Shown here: positions 35,593 to 44,830 of the stretch, piece after piece
Numbering within the stretch: position 1 is the first letter of the stretch
How the letters are laid out: every line of letters starts with the position of its first letter
Assembly: GCA_041663565.1 (NCBI GenBank)
Contig: JBAYMJ010000004.1
Coordinates: 582 to 64,581, forward strand
DNA: 64,000 bases
Reading direction: 5' to 3'
From: Candidatus Micrarchaeia archaeon
GTDB taxonomy: Archaea > Micrarchaeota > Micrarchaeia > Norongarragalinales > CAINOH01
Made by a program: the position numbers and the translations under genes
The notes under the pieces: generated by a model
The model's database searches: none
The model's input: only the letters and a program-made list of their open reading frames with translations
What the model was told of the DNA's origin: nothing

Positions 35593-37689
35593 ATGGCGCG
35601 GTTTAATATGCTGCGAAAAAATAACCGTACAGAGGGATTACTTATGAACAGGAATGCATGCTTTGTCGCCATTTTCATCATGCTCTTTTCGGCAACGGTT
35701 GCCGCAATAAGCTGCGCACAATCGCCCCAGTCCGACGAGATATTCAAAAAGGACCTGGGCTCCTGCGTTCTTGACGGCAACATAAGGCACTGCACCTTCA
35801 CGATTGAATCGGAAATCTGCAACGCCACGGCGGTCAAGCCGTGCCAGGTCGATTACGGCAGCTCGTACGCCTACAACGACAAGAACATGGTATACAACGA
35901 GAGCCTGGTCAGCTGCTATGTCATCCACGATGGGACTAAGCTTGCGTGCGGAGAGCCGTTCGTGACGGGCGAGGAGGACTACCCTTGGGGAACGGCCAGG
36001 GGCATGGCAGTAATGCTTCCCTCGTGCGAGAATGGCGACGTATACCAGGTCATCACGTCAAGCAATTTCTCAAACCTGAGGAATGACGTGGTTGAGGACA
36101 GCTGGTACTTTACGATGACCGGCATGAACGGGACGCCCGCGTACTCCGAATGGTCCCGGCTGGAAATCAGCGTTCCGAAGGGGATGCCCATGTATTATTA
36201 CTTCCATTCCAAGGCCGCCACAGCGACAAACACCACGGTAAACGGGGTTACGAAGTACGTCTTCGAACAGAAGGGCATGCCGCCCCTAAAGGAGGAGGAA
36301 AAAATGCCGGCCGCCAAGGAAGTCGAGGACTGGATGGAATACGCCAGCTCGGACGACTTCGGGGCGGTTTCAAGCTGGTTGCAAAGCGGATATGAAGACG
36401 CGGTAAAGCCCGACGAGTCGGTCATTGCCAAAGCATCGGAAATCGTCGGGAACTCGCAAGGCGGGGAAGCCATAGGAAAGCTGTACGATTGGACGAGGAA
36501 AAACATCGGATACAAGAGCGGGACCTCGATGGGATTCCGGCCCAACAATGCAAGCTACGTGCTGAAAACCGGGTACGCCAACAGCCAGGACGTCGGCGCG
36601 TTGCTTACGGCCCTCCTGAAAAGCAGGGGCTTTGACGCCGAACCCGCAATAGTCGCGTCAAACAGGGCCACGCGGATGGGAACGCTTGACCAACTCAACT
36701 ACATCATAACAGTTGCGCATTACCAGGGCAAGGACATCTGGATGGACGCAACTTGCGCCACCTGCCCCTACGGAACAGTTCCGTGGGATAAGCGGGACGT
36801 GCCGGTACTGCGGTTCATGACGCAGGACGCGACGGAAACAATACCCGCAGCCGGCGGGGAAACCAACACGTCAATCCGGATAGGCATCAAGGTGCTCCCA
36901 AATGGCACCACGCACATCACCCAGGCAAACATCCTTATGGACAAGCTCCGCGCTGAAGAATACCGGCAATATTACGGGACGTCAAGCAAGGAACAACGCA
37001 ATGGCTGGTTACAGGGGGCGGCAGGCGACTTCTGCAGCAACTTCTCAAACCTCGAATACTCGGGCCAAGACTTGGACAACGGCAAGTTCGAAATAAAGAT
37101 CAGCCTGGACTGCAACGGCCTTGCGGTTGTTGATGGCAAGAAAATCACGTTGCCAACATACGAGGGCAACAACATCGGGATGCCACATTACCTTACCGCA
37201 ACCGAACGCGTAAACGACTTTGACCTGGGCCCGACGGTCTACTACGAAGTCGCAATCAACTTCGAGTTCCCGGAAGGATATGAAGTCACTACGGACATCG
37301 CACCGGTCAGCGGCGGGTACGAAAACTACACCAAAACGCTCGGTTACGCCAAGCAGGGGAACACGGCCAAGTTAGTTTTCAACGCCTACTCCGGCCCGTT
37401 CGTGTCAAAGGAAGGTTTTGCCAGCATGAAGGCAGTAAGCACCGCGGTTTTCAACGCGCTGACACCCATTGAGGCGGTTTCTGCCGACGATGCCATTGCG
37501 ACGCCGAACGGCCAGACGGACAACCCGACTGCAACGCCAACGGCAGGCGGAAAGCTCGACAACACGGCAATCGCCGGCATCCTGGCCTTGGTCGCAATCG
37601 TTGCAGTCGGAGGATACTACCTGCTCAAGGCAAAGCCCAAAACTAAAGGCGGGAAAAAGATCAAATCAAGGAAGGGCAAGAAAAAGTAA
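35593..37689 (+). CDS. Secreted surface protein with degenerate transglutaminase-like core and C-terminal TM anchor plus Lys-rich tail (probable start at MNRNACF, 35644)
   Basis: Signal/lipobox-like …FSATVAAISCAQS. Transglutaminase-like core GYANSQDVGALLTALLKSRGFDAEPAIVAS…HYQGKDIWMDAT, with the catalytic Cys position replaced. C-terminal …AIAGILALVAIVAVGGYYLLKAKPKTKGGKKIKSRKGKKK. Confidence 0.45.
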   Translation: MARFNMLRKNNRTEGLLMNRNACFVAIFIMLFSATVAAISCAQSPQSDEIFKKDLGSCVLDGNIRHCTFTIESEICNATAVKPCQVDYGSSYAYNDKNMVYNESLVSCYVIHDGTKLACGEPFVTGEEDYPWGTARGMAVMLPSCENGDVYQVITSSNFSNLRNDVVEDSWYFTMTGMNGTPAYSEWSRLEISVPKGMPMYYYFHSKAATATNTTVNGVTKYVFEQKGMPPLKEEEKMPAAKEVEDWMEYASSDDFGAVSSWLQSGYEDAVKPDESVIAKASEIVGNSQGGEAIGKLYDWTRKNIGYKSGTSMGFRPNNASYVLKTGYANSQDVGALLTALLKSRGFDAEPAIVASNRATRMGTLDQLNYIITVAHYQGKDIWMDATCATCPYGTVPWDKRDVPVLRFMTQDATETIPAAGGETNTSIRIGIKVLPNGTTHITQANILMDKLRAEEYRQYYGTSSKEQRNGWLQGAAGDFCSNFSNLEYSGQDLDNGKFEIKISLDCNGLAVVDGKKITLPTYEGNNIGMPHYLTATERVNDFDLGPTVYYEVAINFEFPEGYEVTTDIAPVSGGYENYTKTLGYAKQGNTAKLVFNAYSGPFVSKEGFASMKAVSTAVFNALTPIEAVSADDAIATPNGQTDNPTATPTAGGKLDNTAIAGILALVAIVAVGGYYLLKAKPKTKGGKKIKSRKGKKK

Positions 37690-37706
37690 ATCTGTAAGTA
37701 GGTGAG

Positions 37707-38360
37707 ATGGATACGGTGGCAAAACACATAATCTTGCTCGGCGCGCCCGGAGTGGGCAAGGGAACTCTCGGCCAGGAAGTGGTCAGGCGCGCGGGCCTTG
37801 CATACGTCTCAACAGGGGACATGCTGCGCTCCGAAGTCGCGGCAAAGACTCCGCTTGGAAACAAGATTGCATCCATTCTCGCCGCTGGCGAGCTTGTAAA
37901 CGACGACCTTGTCAACGAGCTAATCAAGAAAGCGCTCGAGCGGCCGGAATCCCGTAACGGCTATATGCTCGACGGCTACCCGCGCACGCTTTACCAGGCA
38001 AAGACGCTTGAAGCGCTCCCGCAGGGAAAAATCGACATAGTGTTCAACATCGAACTGCCCACTGAGGAAATTGTCCGAAGAATCTCATCGCGCCGAAGCT
38101 GCCCCAAGTGCAAGGCAGTGTACAACCTGCTTTACTCAGCACCGAAGAAGGCCGGAGCCTGCGACAAGTGCGGCACCGGGCTGGTGACGCGCTCGGACGA
38201 CACGCCGGAGACAATCCGCAACCGCATCGCGGTATACGAGAAGAACACCAAGCCCCTTGTCGAGTATTACGAGAAGAAGGGAGTGCTTGTGCGCATCGAC
38301 TCGAGCGGAAGCGACAACGAACCGAAAATCCGCAAGATGCTTGCGGTAATCGGAAAGTAA
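37707..38360 (+). CDS. adk: Adenylate kinase (long form with Zn-binding LID)
   Basis: IILLGAPGVGKGT P-loop. LID CPKCKAVYN…CDKCG. Confidence 0.85.
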   Translation: MDTVAKHIILLGAPGVGKGTLGQEVVRRAGLAYVSTGDMLRSEVAAKTPLGNKIASILAAGELVNDDLVNELIKKALERPESRNGYMLDGYPRTLYQAKTLEALPQGKIDIVFNIELPTEEIVRRISSRRSCPKCKAVYNLLYSAPKKAGACDKCGTGLVTRSDDTPETIRNRIAVYEKNTKPLVEYYEKKGVLVRIDSSGSDNEPKIRKMLAVIGK

Positions 38361-38415
38361 GCCAAGGTTGCACGCATCGTCCTTTTCAAGGGCGAATTAG
38401 CGCACACCTAGGCAA

Positions 38416-38793
38416 CTACCCGCGCAATTGCGAGCGCTCCTCCGGCGTGAGGATTCGGAAGTACAACATTGACTTCTTGGCCGAATGCTCGCCGATGTTT
38501 GTTATCCCCGTCCTGCGGGAAGTGAAAAAACGCTTATGCGCAGGCACCGAACCGACCTGTTCATGCGTCAAGCCGGATTCGCTTGCAATCTTGGCCAAAT
38601 AGGCCTTATCCGGAATTGAAGACGGGCGTTCGCCCAGAAACACGCCGTGCGGAACGTGCGTCTTTTCATTCTCAAGCCGGGCAACGAAACCCGTATTATG
38701 AACGTCAATCGCCTTCCATGACGGCTTCAAGCTCCCGTGCGGGATGTGGACATACCGGTATGTTCCCTCGGTTTTGGCGGGTGTTTTCGGCAT
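38416..38793 (-). CDS. Hypothetical protein
   Basis: 125-aa ORF with plausible composition and no recognisable motif. Confidence 0.3.
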   Translation of the reverse strand: MPKTPAKTEGTYRYVHIPHGSLKPSWKAIDVHNTGFVARLENEKTHVPHGVFLGERPSSIPDKAYLAKIASESGLTHEQVGSVPAHKRFFTSRRTGITNIGEHSAKKSMLYFRILTPEERSQLRG

Positions 38794-38835
38794 CGCAGAT
38801 TCACCTTTCTTAGTATCTGGGTTCTTGTTTAAAAC

Positions 38836-39519
38836 TCAGCCTGCGAGAAGCTTTTCAATCTCGTAAAGGCTTGCAATCCTGCATACTTCCTCGCCTAGCG
38901 GCGGCTCGTCGCCAAGCAGCTTCGTGTACTTCAGGTTCCGGTCAAGAAGTATTGCCGAGCAGCCTTCCTTTACTGCTGGAAGATAATCGCTCTTGTAGGA
39001 GTCGCCGACGTGCAGGATTTCGCAGGTCTCCACGCCAAGCTCGCGTGCAAGCCGTGCGAACACGCCGTCGTGGGATTTTATTTTTGAGTAGTCGGAATAT
39101 ACTGAAATCGAGCGCTCGAAGAACCCGTCGAGGCCGTCAACTTTTATCTTGATGTCGAGGAACATCTTGGGCGTGTTCGAGAACACCACCATCCGCCGCT
39201 TTTCCTTCCGGAGCGCTTTCAACACGGGAAGCGCGTCGGGAAATACAGTGATCTTGTGCGAAAGGTCGGACACTATTTTCTGCGGGTCAACCTTGAGCTT
39301 GTGGTGCTCTATCCAAAAGCACAGGTCGTACCACTCGCGGCGCTGCATCCCGATGCGGTCGTATTCCGAACGCATCAGTTCCTTCGCCTGCGCAAGCGGC
39401 ACCCCGTTCTGCTCCGAATACAGCCGCGGGAGCTCCTGAAACCACAGGTGGAAGTCAAAATCCAGGTCTATGAGCGTGCCGTCGAGGTCGAATGAGATTA
39501 CCTTTGGCGACAAAGGCAT
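38836..39519 (-). CDS. HAD-superfamily hydrolase (start at MPLSPKVISFDLDGTL)
   Basis: DxDGT motif FDLDGTLID, plus …HVGDSYKSD. Confidence 0.65.
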   Translation of the reverse strand: MPLSPKVISFDLDGTLIDLDFDFHLWFQELPRLYSEQNGVPLAQAKELMRSEYDRIGMQRREWYDLCFWIEHHKLKVDPQKIVSDLSHKITVFPDALPVLKALRKEKRRMVVFSNTPKMFLDIKIKVDGLDGFFERSISVYSDYSKIKSHDGVFARLARELGVETCEILHVGDSYKSDYLPAVKEGCSAILLDRNLKYTKLLGDEPPLGEEVCRIASLYEIEKLLAG

Positions 39520-39535
39520 TTGGGCAAACACCGGG

Positions 39536-40750
39536 TTACTGGGCAAGCACTGCCGTGCCATAGAGGCGCCAGCGCTTCTGCGCCTGCCTCATCACGGCAA
39601 TCTTGGATGCGCCGTCGATGCAGACGGGCTTTCTGAGCTTGAGGGTTGCGACGTTCTTCTTTTTGTCGGTCACAAAGCCGACGGTTGTGTTGGTTCCAAC
39701 CCCAAGAACGAGAGGCTCGTCCTTCCCAAATCCTGCAGGGAATATCTCCATCGTGCGCTCCAGGGGGGTAATCTTGATTTTGATTTCATCCATCAGAAGC
39801 GGGAGCTTGCCAGGAAGGCCTACCGTGCATCCAACAAGAGTGTCCGCCTTTGAGATTGCCGGATCCACTTCAAGGCCCATCGCGATGAGCCCGCCGGGAA
39901 CGGCTTCCTTGAGCTGCTCTGCGCCGGCGTGAAGGGAGACTATTTTCGACTTGAGCTTTACGTAGCTCGTCTTTTCCTTCTTCTTCCTTGCGGGCCCTGG
40001 AAGCAACTCGACCTCGTCGCCTACCTTGAAGGAGCCGCGGATTACCGAGCCGCCGACCACCCCGCCGCCAACTTCGGCAATCTTGGTGCCGGGCTTGTTG
40101 ACATCGAAGCTGCGGGCGACGTAAAGTATGGGCGAGTCCGAAGGCTCGCGCTTGGGGGTGGGGATGTCCTTCTCGATGGCCTGGATGAGCGCGTCGAGGT
40201 TGATGCCCTGGTTTGCAACAACGGGAATGATTTGCGAGTTCTCGTAGGAGGAGCCTTTGAGGAACGTCTTGATTTCCTTGTAGTGCTCAAGCGCGCGCTC
40301 CTTGCTTACCAGGTCGATTTTGTTCTGTACAATCACGACGTTCTTTATCCCCGCGGCCTCAAGCACAGCAAGGTGCTCCACGGTCTGGGGCATCGGGCAC
40401 TTCTCGGTCGCGGCAATCAAAAACAGCGCGCCGTCGATGATGGAGCTTGCTGCAATGACGGTTGCCATCAGCGTCTCGTGACCCGGCGCGTCCACGAATG
40501 AAATCTTCCTCATCTTCTCGGTCTTCCGGTTGCACACCGGGCACTCCTGCTTCATAGAGAAGCACTGTGGCGCCGAGCACTTCACGCAGCGGTAGAACGT
40601 GGCGTCGGCGTAGCCGAGCTTGATGGTGATGCCGCGCTTGAGCTCCTCGCTGTGCGTGTCCGTCCACTTGCCGGTAAGCGCCTGCACTAAGCTGGTCTTT
40701 CCGTGGTCGACGTGGCCTATGGTGCCTATGTTGATTTCAGCCTGAGCCAT
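39536..40750 (-). CDS. eif2g: Translation initiation factor aIF2 gamma subunit; start at MAQAEINIG
   Basis: GTIGHVDHGKTSLVQALTG G1 motif, …DAPGHE…, Zn knuckle CPVCNRK. Confidence 0.85.
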   Translation of the reverse strand: MAQAEINIGTIGHVDHGKTSLVQALTGKWTDTHSEELKRGITIKLGYADATFYRCVKCSAPQCFSMKQECPVCNRKTEKMRKISFVDAPGHETLMATVIAASSIIDGALFLIAATEKCPMPQTVEHLAVLEAAGIKNVVIVQNKIDLVSKERALEHYKEIKTFLKGSSYENSQIIPVVANQGINLDALIQAIEKDIPTPKREPSDSPILYVARSFDVNKPGTKIAEVGGGVVGGSVIRGSFKVGDEVELLPGPARKKKEKTSYVKLKSKIVSLHAGAEQLKEAVPGGLIAMGLEVDPAISKADTLVGCTVGLPGKLPLLMDEIKIKITPLERTMEIFPAGFGKDEPLVLGVGTNTTVGFVTDKKKNVATLKLRKPVCIDGASKIAVMRQAQKRWRLYGTAVLAQ

Positions 40751-40874
40751 GAGAATGAAATTATCGCGCTTCAAGGTTAAAATGGGATGGGGTGTAGCTC
40801 CCAACGCATTTATCTTTCCTTTCGTGCCAAAGCCATAAGACGCAATCCGCCCTATTTTCCAGAGGTAATTTACA

Positions 40875-42539
40875 ATGGCAGCTGACTACGACCCCGAAAA
40901 GAAAAGAAAGCTCGACTTGCTGGTCGCAAAGAAGGTCAACCCATACCCCTACACTTTCGGCCGCACGCACAAGGCGCAGCAGGTCAAGGACTGCTACGAC
41001 GCCCTCGAGGGAAAGGAAGTCTCGGTCGCGGGCCGCATCATGCAGATGCGCTCGTTCGGGAAGCTCGTGTTCTCAACGCTGGACGACGTGTCCGGCCGCA
41101 TACAGGTGTACGCAAGCGAGGCGGACGTCGGTCCGGAAGTTCTCAAGTCGTTCGAGACTGCTGACCTGGGAGACATCATCGGAGTCACCGGGAAGGTCAC
41201 CAAGACCAAGAAGGGCGAGATTTCAGTTGCCATAAAGAAGTGGGAGATGCTTGCAAAGTCGCTCCGCACGCTTCCGGAGAAGTTCCACGGCCTGGAGGAC
41301 ACCGAGACCCGCTACCGAAAGCGCTACCTCGACCTTTTGATGAACCCCGAGTCGAGAAAAATCGCAATCATACGCTCGAAGATGGTCAGCGCGATGCGCG
41401 ACTACTTCGACCGCAACGAGTTCTTCGAGGTGGAGACGCCGATTTTGCAGCCGCTTTACGGCGGCGCCGCTGCAAGGCCGTTCATCACGCACCACAACGC
41501 GCTTGACACCGACCTATACTTGAGGATAGCAAACGAGCTCTACCTCAAGAGGCTGATAGTGGGCGGGCTTGAGCGGGTGTACGAGTTCTCCAAGGACTTC
41601 CGCAACGAGGACATAGACTCGACCCACAACCCCGAGTTCACGCAGGTGGAATACTACGCCGCGTACTGGGACTACAACAGCTGCATGCGCTTTTCCGAGG
41701 GAATACTCGGACACGTAGTTGAAAAGATCCACGGCACGAAGAAAATCCAGTTCCGCGGGAAGGAAATCAGCTTCGAGGCGCCGTTTGCGGTCGTGTCCTT
41801 GGTTGGCAAAATCTTGGAAAAATCCGGCGAGGACGTTCTTACTTGGACTACTGACGCGCAGGCTGTCGAGGCTGCAAAGAAGCACGGCCTGGACTGCAAG
41901 ATACCCAACAGGGCGCACGTGATTGACGCTTTGTTTGACAAGTACGTTCAGCCGGAATTGGTCCAGCCCACATTCCTCATCGACTTTCCGGGGTTCATGT
42001 GCCCGCTTGCAAAGAAAAAGCGCGGCGACGAGAGGCTTGCCGAGAGGTTCGAGCTTTTCATCGGAGGCGGCGAGTGCGGGAACTCCTACTCGGAAATCAA
42101 CGACCCCGTGTTCCAGCGCCAGAAGCTCGAGGAACAGGCCCGCGAGCTTGCGGGCGGGGACGACGAGGCGATGCCCCTTGACGAGGACTTCCTCGAGTCG
42201 ATGGAGTACGGCATGCCGCCGACCGGAGGCATGGGAATCGGCATCGACCGGCTGGCAATAATCCTAACTGACTCTCCCTCAATCAAGGAAGTCATACTCT
42301 TCCCCAGCATGAGGCCCCTTGACTCCGACCGCCGGAACAACGAAAAGGCCGTCCCAAAGGCGGTTGCGGAACAGAAGCAAAAGGAGAAGGGCGATGCGAA
42401 GGCCAGGGAAAAAGAGCCGAAGAAGCCTGCTGGAAATGACAAGACTGCGGGCGGCTCCAAGGACAAGGACGAAAAACCACCTGCAAAACTAAATACGCCC
42501 GGCTTCGCAGAGGACTTGGACGAGATGCCGTCAATCTGA
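40875..42539 (+). CDS. lysS: Lysyl-tRNA synthetase, class II, with ~70-aa Lys/Asp/Glu-rich C-terminal extension
   Basis: N-terminal OB anticodon-binding fold. Class II motifs …FRNEDIDSTHNPEFTQVEYYAAY… and …GMPPTGGMGIGIDRL…. Tail …KQKEKGDAKAREKEPKKPAGNDKTAGGSKDKDEKPPAK…. Confidence 0.8.
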   Translation: MAADYDPEKKRKLDLLVAKKVNPYPYTFGRTHKAQQVKDCYDALEGKEVSVAGRIMQMRSFGKLVFSTLDDVSGRIQVYASEADVGPEVLKSFETADLGDIIGVTGKVTKTKKGEISVAIKKWEMLAKSLRTLPEKFHGLEDTETRYRKRYLDLLMNPESRKIAIIRSKMVSAMRDYFDRNEFFEVETPILQPLYGGAAARPFITHHNALDTDLYLRIANELYLKRLIVGGLERVYEFSKDFRNEDIDSTHNPEFTQVEYYAAYWDYNSCMRFSEGILGHVVEKIHGTKKIQFRGKEISFEAPFAVVSLVGKILEKSGEDVLTWTTDAQAVEAAKKHGLDCKIPNRAHVIDALFDKYVQPELVQPTFLIDFPGFMCPLAKKKRGDERLAERFELFIGGGECGNSYSEINDPVFQRQKLEEQARELAGGDDEAMPLDEDFLESMEYGMPPTGGMGIGIDRLAIILTDSPSIKEVILFPSMRPLDSDRRNNEKAVPKAVAEQKQKEKGDAKAREKEPKKPAGNDKTAGGSKDKDEKPPAKLNTPGFAEDLDEMPSI

Positions 42540-42562
42540 GCGGCAGCCCAAAAACCCTCCTC

Positions 42563-43108
42563 TTATTTTTTATTGAACGACTTGGAAAGCCGCAAGTCCA
42601 GGTAGCCCATCAGCTGGTAGCCGGCATCGAAGCCCACCACCGCAAACGCGTACGCGGGTTCGGAAAGAAGAAGCGACACGGCTATTGCGGTCACGTCGAG
42701 TATTACGCGGTAGGACAGCAGCCTGCGCAACGTCCTGTCCCTGACTTTCCCGAGGCTTGCGCGGTCGGACAGGACCTCGTCCACATAGGCCGCGACGACC
42801 AGCGCACACAGCGGGAGGAAATAGGGCATCCTCAGGCCCATCGCAATCGACGCGACCACGAACGCGAGCATCCCGGCGTAGTGTATGGGGTGGTCCTCCT
42901 TTCCCGCAAGGATTACTGCGACTATTACCGCAAGAGCAGCTGTCGCAAGCACCGGGCTCTGGGTGAATATGATTGCGCCTACAAGGCCGTAGCCTATGCC
43001 CGCCAGGTACCCGTAAACGCTGTGGCGCGAAAGCCTGCGATCGTCGGCGATGTCGTCGGCCAGCTTGACCAGGCAGCCGCAGAGGATGCAAAGGACGTAA
43101 ATGAACAT
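42563..43108 (-). CDS. Polytopic membrane protein, unknown function
   Basis: 181-aa hydrophobic ORF with ~5 TM segments. An alternative overlapping frame, 42570..43139, is less protein-like. Confidence 0.4.
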   Translation of the reverse strand: MFIYVLCILCGCLVKLADDIADDRRLSRHSVYGYLAGIGYGLVGAIIFTQSPVLATAALAVIVAVILAGKEDHPIHYAGMLAFVVASIAMGLRMPYFLPLCALVVAAYVDEVLSDRASLGKVRDRTLRRLLSYRVILDVTAIAVSLLLSEPAYAFAVVGFDAGYQLMGYLDLRLSKSFNKK

Positions 43109-43167
43109 TCAGACCACGAAATATTCGGAAAAAGGGCAATATATTCCTCTGCCCGACAAACTCCTTC

Positions 43168-44136
43168 CTAAAGAAAAGGCGAGATTATGATTGGGAAAAG
43201 CACGGTCGCGTCGCCCTCCACATAGGCTGACTTTGCCTTGGCGCTGATTTTCCCCCACGACACGGCCTCGTTGGTGCGCGCGCCGGTCATCGAGCCGTCG
43301 TACTGCGTGCCTGTTGAGACGTAAACTGCATAGTCAAGCCCGCCGCGCATTATGTTCAGGCCGATGGTGTGGTGCTTTGCAAAACCCCCGCCGAGTATGA
43401 TTGCGCCGGTCTTCTTTGCAAATGCCACTTCCGTGCCAATGGTGCGCATGTCGCCAGCCGCGTCGACTACCAGGTCGTAGTCCTGGCGGAAGAACGCAAG
43501 GTGCATCCCCATCGCGCCGTCGGTCGGGGCCGGGAGGATGACCTTGATTCCGTTCTTGTACGCCCAATATACCCACGAGCTTTCCAAGGCCTTGTTGCCC
43601 TTGAACTTCTCGGCAATGAACTTGCCGTACGCAAAGACCATTTCCGAAGGCGTGATTACCGCGCGGAACTTTCCGTTCGGACGCTTCTCCTTCTTCGCCT
43701 CGAAAATTTTGGAATAGAACTCCATATCGAGCTTCTCAAGGAGAACATACCGGTCGTTGGGCACGAGCACGTTCCCGATGCGGTTGATGCCCTTCCTGTG
43801 CAGCGCGGCATCGTCCTCGTTGAAGGTCCCGAGCAGGAATGGCTTGCTGATTTTCATCACGTCCTCCTCGACCGAGCCCACGCCGGTGACTACTGCGTCG
43901 CAGAACTTGCGGCGGCAAAGCTCGGCGAAGAGCTCGCGCAGGCCGCCGGACACCATGTTGGAGGTGAACGCAAGGAAAGTGTAGGCGTTGTCCGCCTTCA
44001 TCGCCTTGACAACGTCAACGGCCCTGCCAAGCTCGCTTGCCTGGAAGCCTGCGGACTTGAGCATGCTCGCATAATCCGAAAGCGTGGTCTTTGCTGACAC
44101 TGAAATGCCTGAAATCTTCTGCTGCACTGTTTTCAA
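43168..44136 (-). CDS. dys: Deoxyhypusine synthase
   Basis: …FTSNMVSGGLRE…, …ILGGGFAKHH… DHS signatures. Confidence 0.8.
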   Translation of the reverse strand: MKTVQQKISGISVSAKTTLSDYASMLKSAGFQASELGRAVDVVKAMKADNAYTFLAFTSNMVSGGLRELFAELCRRKFCDAVVTGVGSVEEDVMKISKPFLLGTFNEDDAALHRKGINRIGNVLVPNDRYVLLEKLDMEFYSKIFEAKKEKRPNGKFRAVITPSEMVFAYGKFIAEKFKGNKALESSWVYWAYKNGIKVILPAPTDGAMGMHLAFFRQDYDLVVDAAGDMRTIGTEVAFAKKTGAIILGGGFAKHHTIGLNIMRGGLDYAVYVSTGTQYDGSMTGARTNEAVSWGKISAKAKSAYVEGDATVLFPIIISPFL

Positions 44137-44750
44137 CTCCGTTCTTCCCGCTCTTCGAACTCGATTTTGAAACCTTTCGGGGTCAAGGCATCGAAATAAT
44201 TCGGTTTTCCCTTCGCATTTGCCAGATGCTCGTTGGCGGCTGCGCGAATACCGTCTTGTGCTACTCCCGAGTTCTTGGCCTTGACGAGCTGCACAAACGC
44301 CTGCAACCCTTGGGTGGATTCGGGATTGTAGGACCTCTTTTCGTGGAACGCTTCCTTTATGACGGCCTGGTGCGTCGGATGCTCGCGTTGAACGGTATTT
44401 ACCAGCCTCTGCAACGCTTCCTTTGCCAACTGATAATGGGTGGTTTCGCCGTTTTTCACCCGCATCGACAGGTTATCAACGATTATTTTCTGCAACCCCT
44501 TGACGTCTTGCGAGGTTGGAATGGCAGTAAGGTCGGAAATGCGCTGCCTTATCACAAGCGGCAGCAGGGTATTCCGGTTCTCATTAAAATCGATGACCAG
44601 GCCGTCCATTTGACCGCTTTTCCCGTTCAGGTGTTCCATGGCCACGATGCCGTTTTTTTTCAAGGCCCGCTTAATAGTCGGCAAAAGTGCATCGTGCCCG
44701 GTTATGTGCGAGATGGTCTGCTTTCGTTCCTCTGGATTGGCGGAGGCCAT
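44133..44750 (-). CDS. Hypothetical protein co-transcribed with deoxyhypusine synthase (4-nt overlap)
   Basis: 205-aa ORF, hydrophilic, no motif recognised. Confidence 0.35.
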   Translation of the reverse strand: MASANPEERKQTISHITGHDALLPTIKRALKKNGIVAMEHLNGKSGQMDGLVIDFNENRNTLLPLVIRQRISDLTAIPTSQDVKGLQKIIVDNLSMRVKNGETTHYQLAKEALQRLVNTVQREHPTHQAVIKEAFHEKRSYNPESTQGLQAFVQLVKAKNSGVAQDGIRAAANEHLANAKGKPNYFDALTPKGFKIEFEEREERS

Positions 44751-44830
44751 GTGGATTCCTTCTTAGAGGTTATCTGCCTGCCGCGGTTTTTAACGCTTCC
44801 AGATGCCCCTGCTGAATGCAGCCTGGCGCA

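Noticed and set aside
42570-43139. Alternative 189-aa ORF overlapping the membrane-protein ORF 42563..43108 in another frame
   Set aside because: Arg/Pro/Gly-rich and non-hydrophobic. The other frame gives a coherent multi-TM protein.
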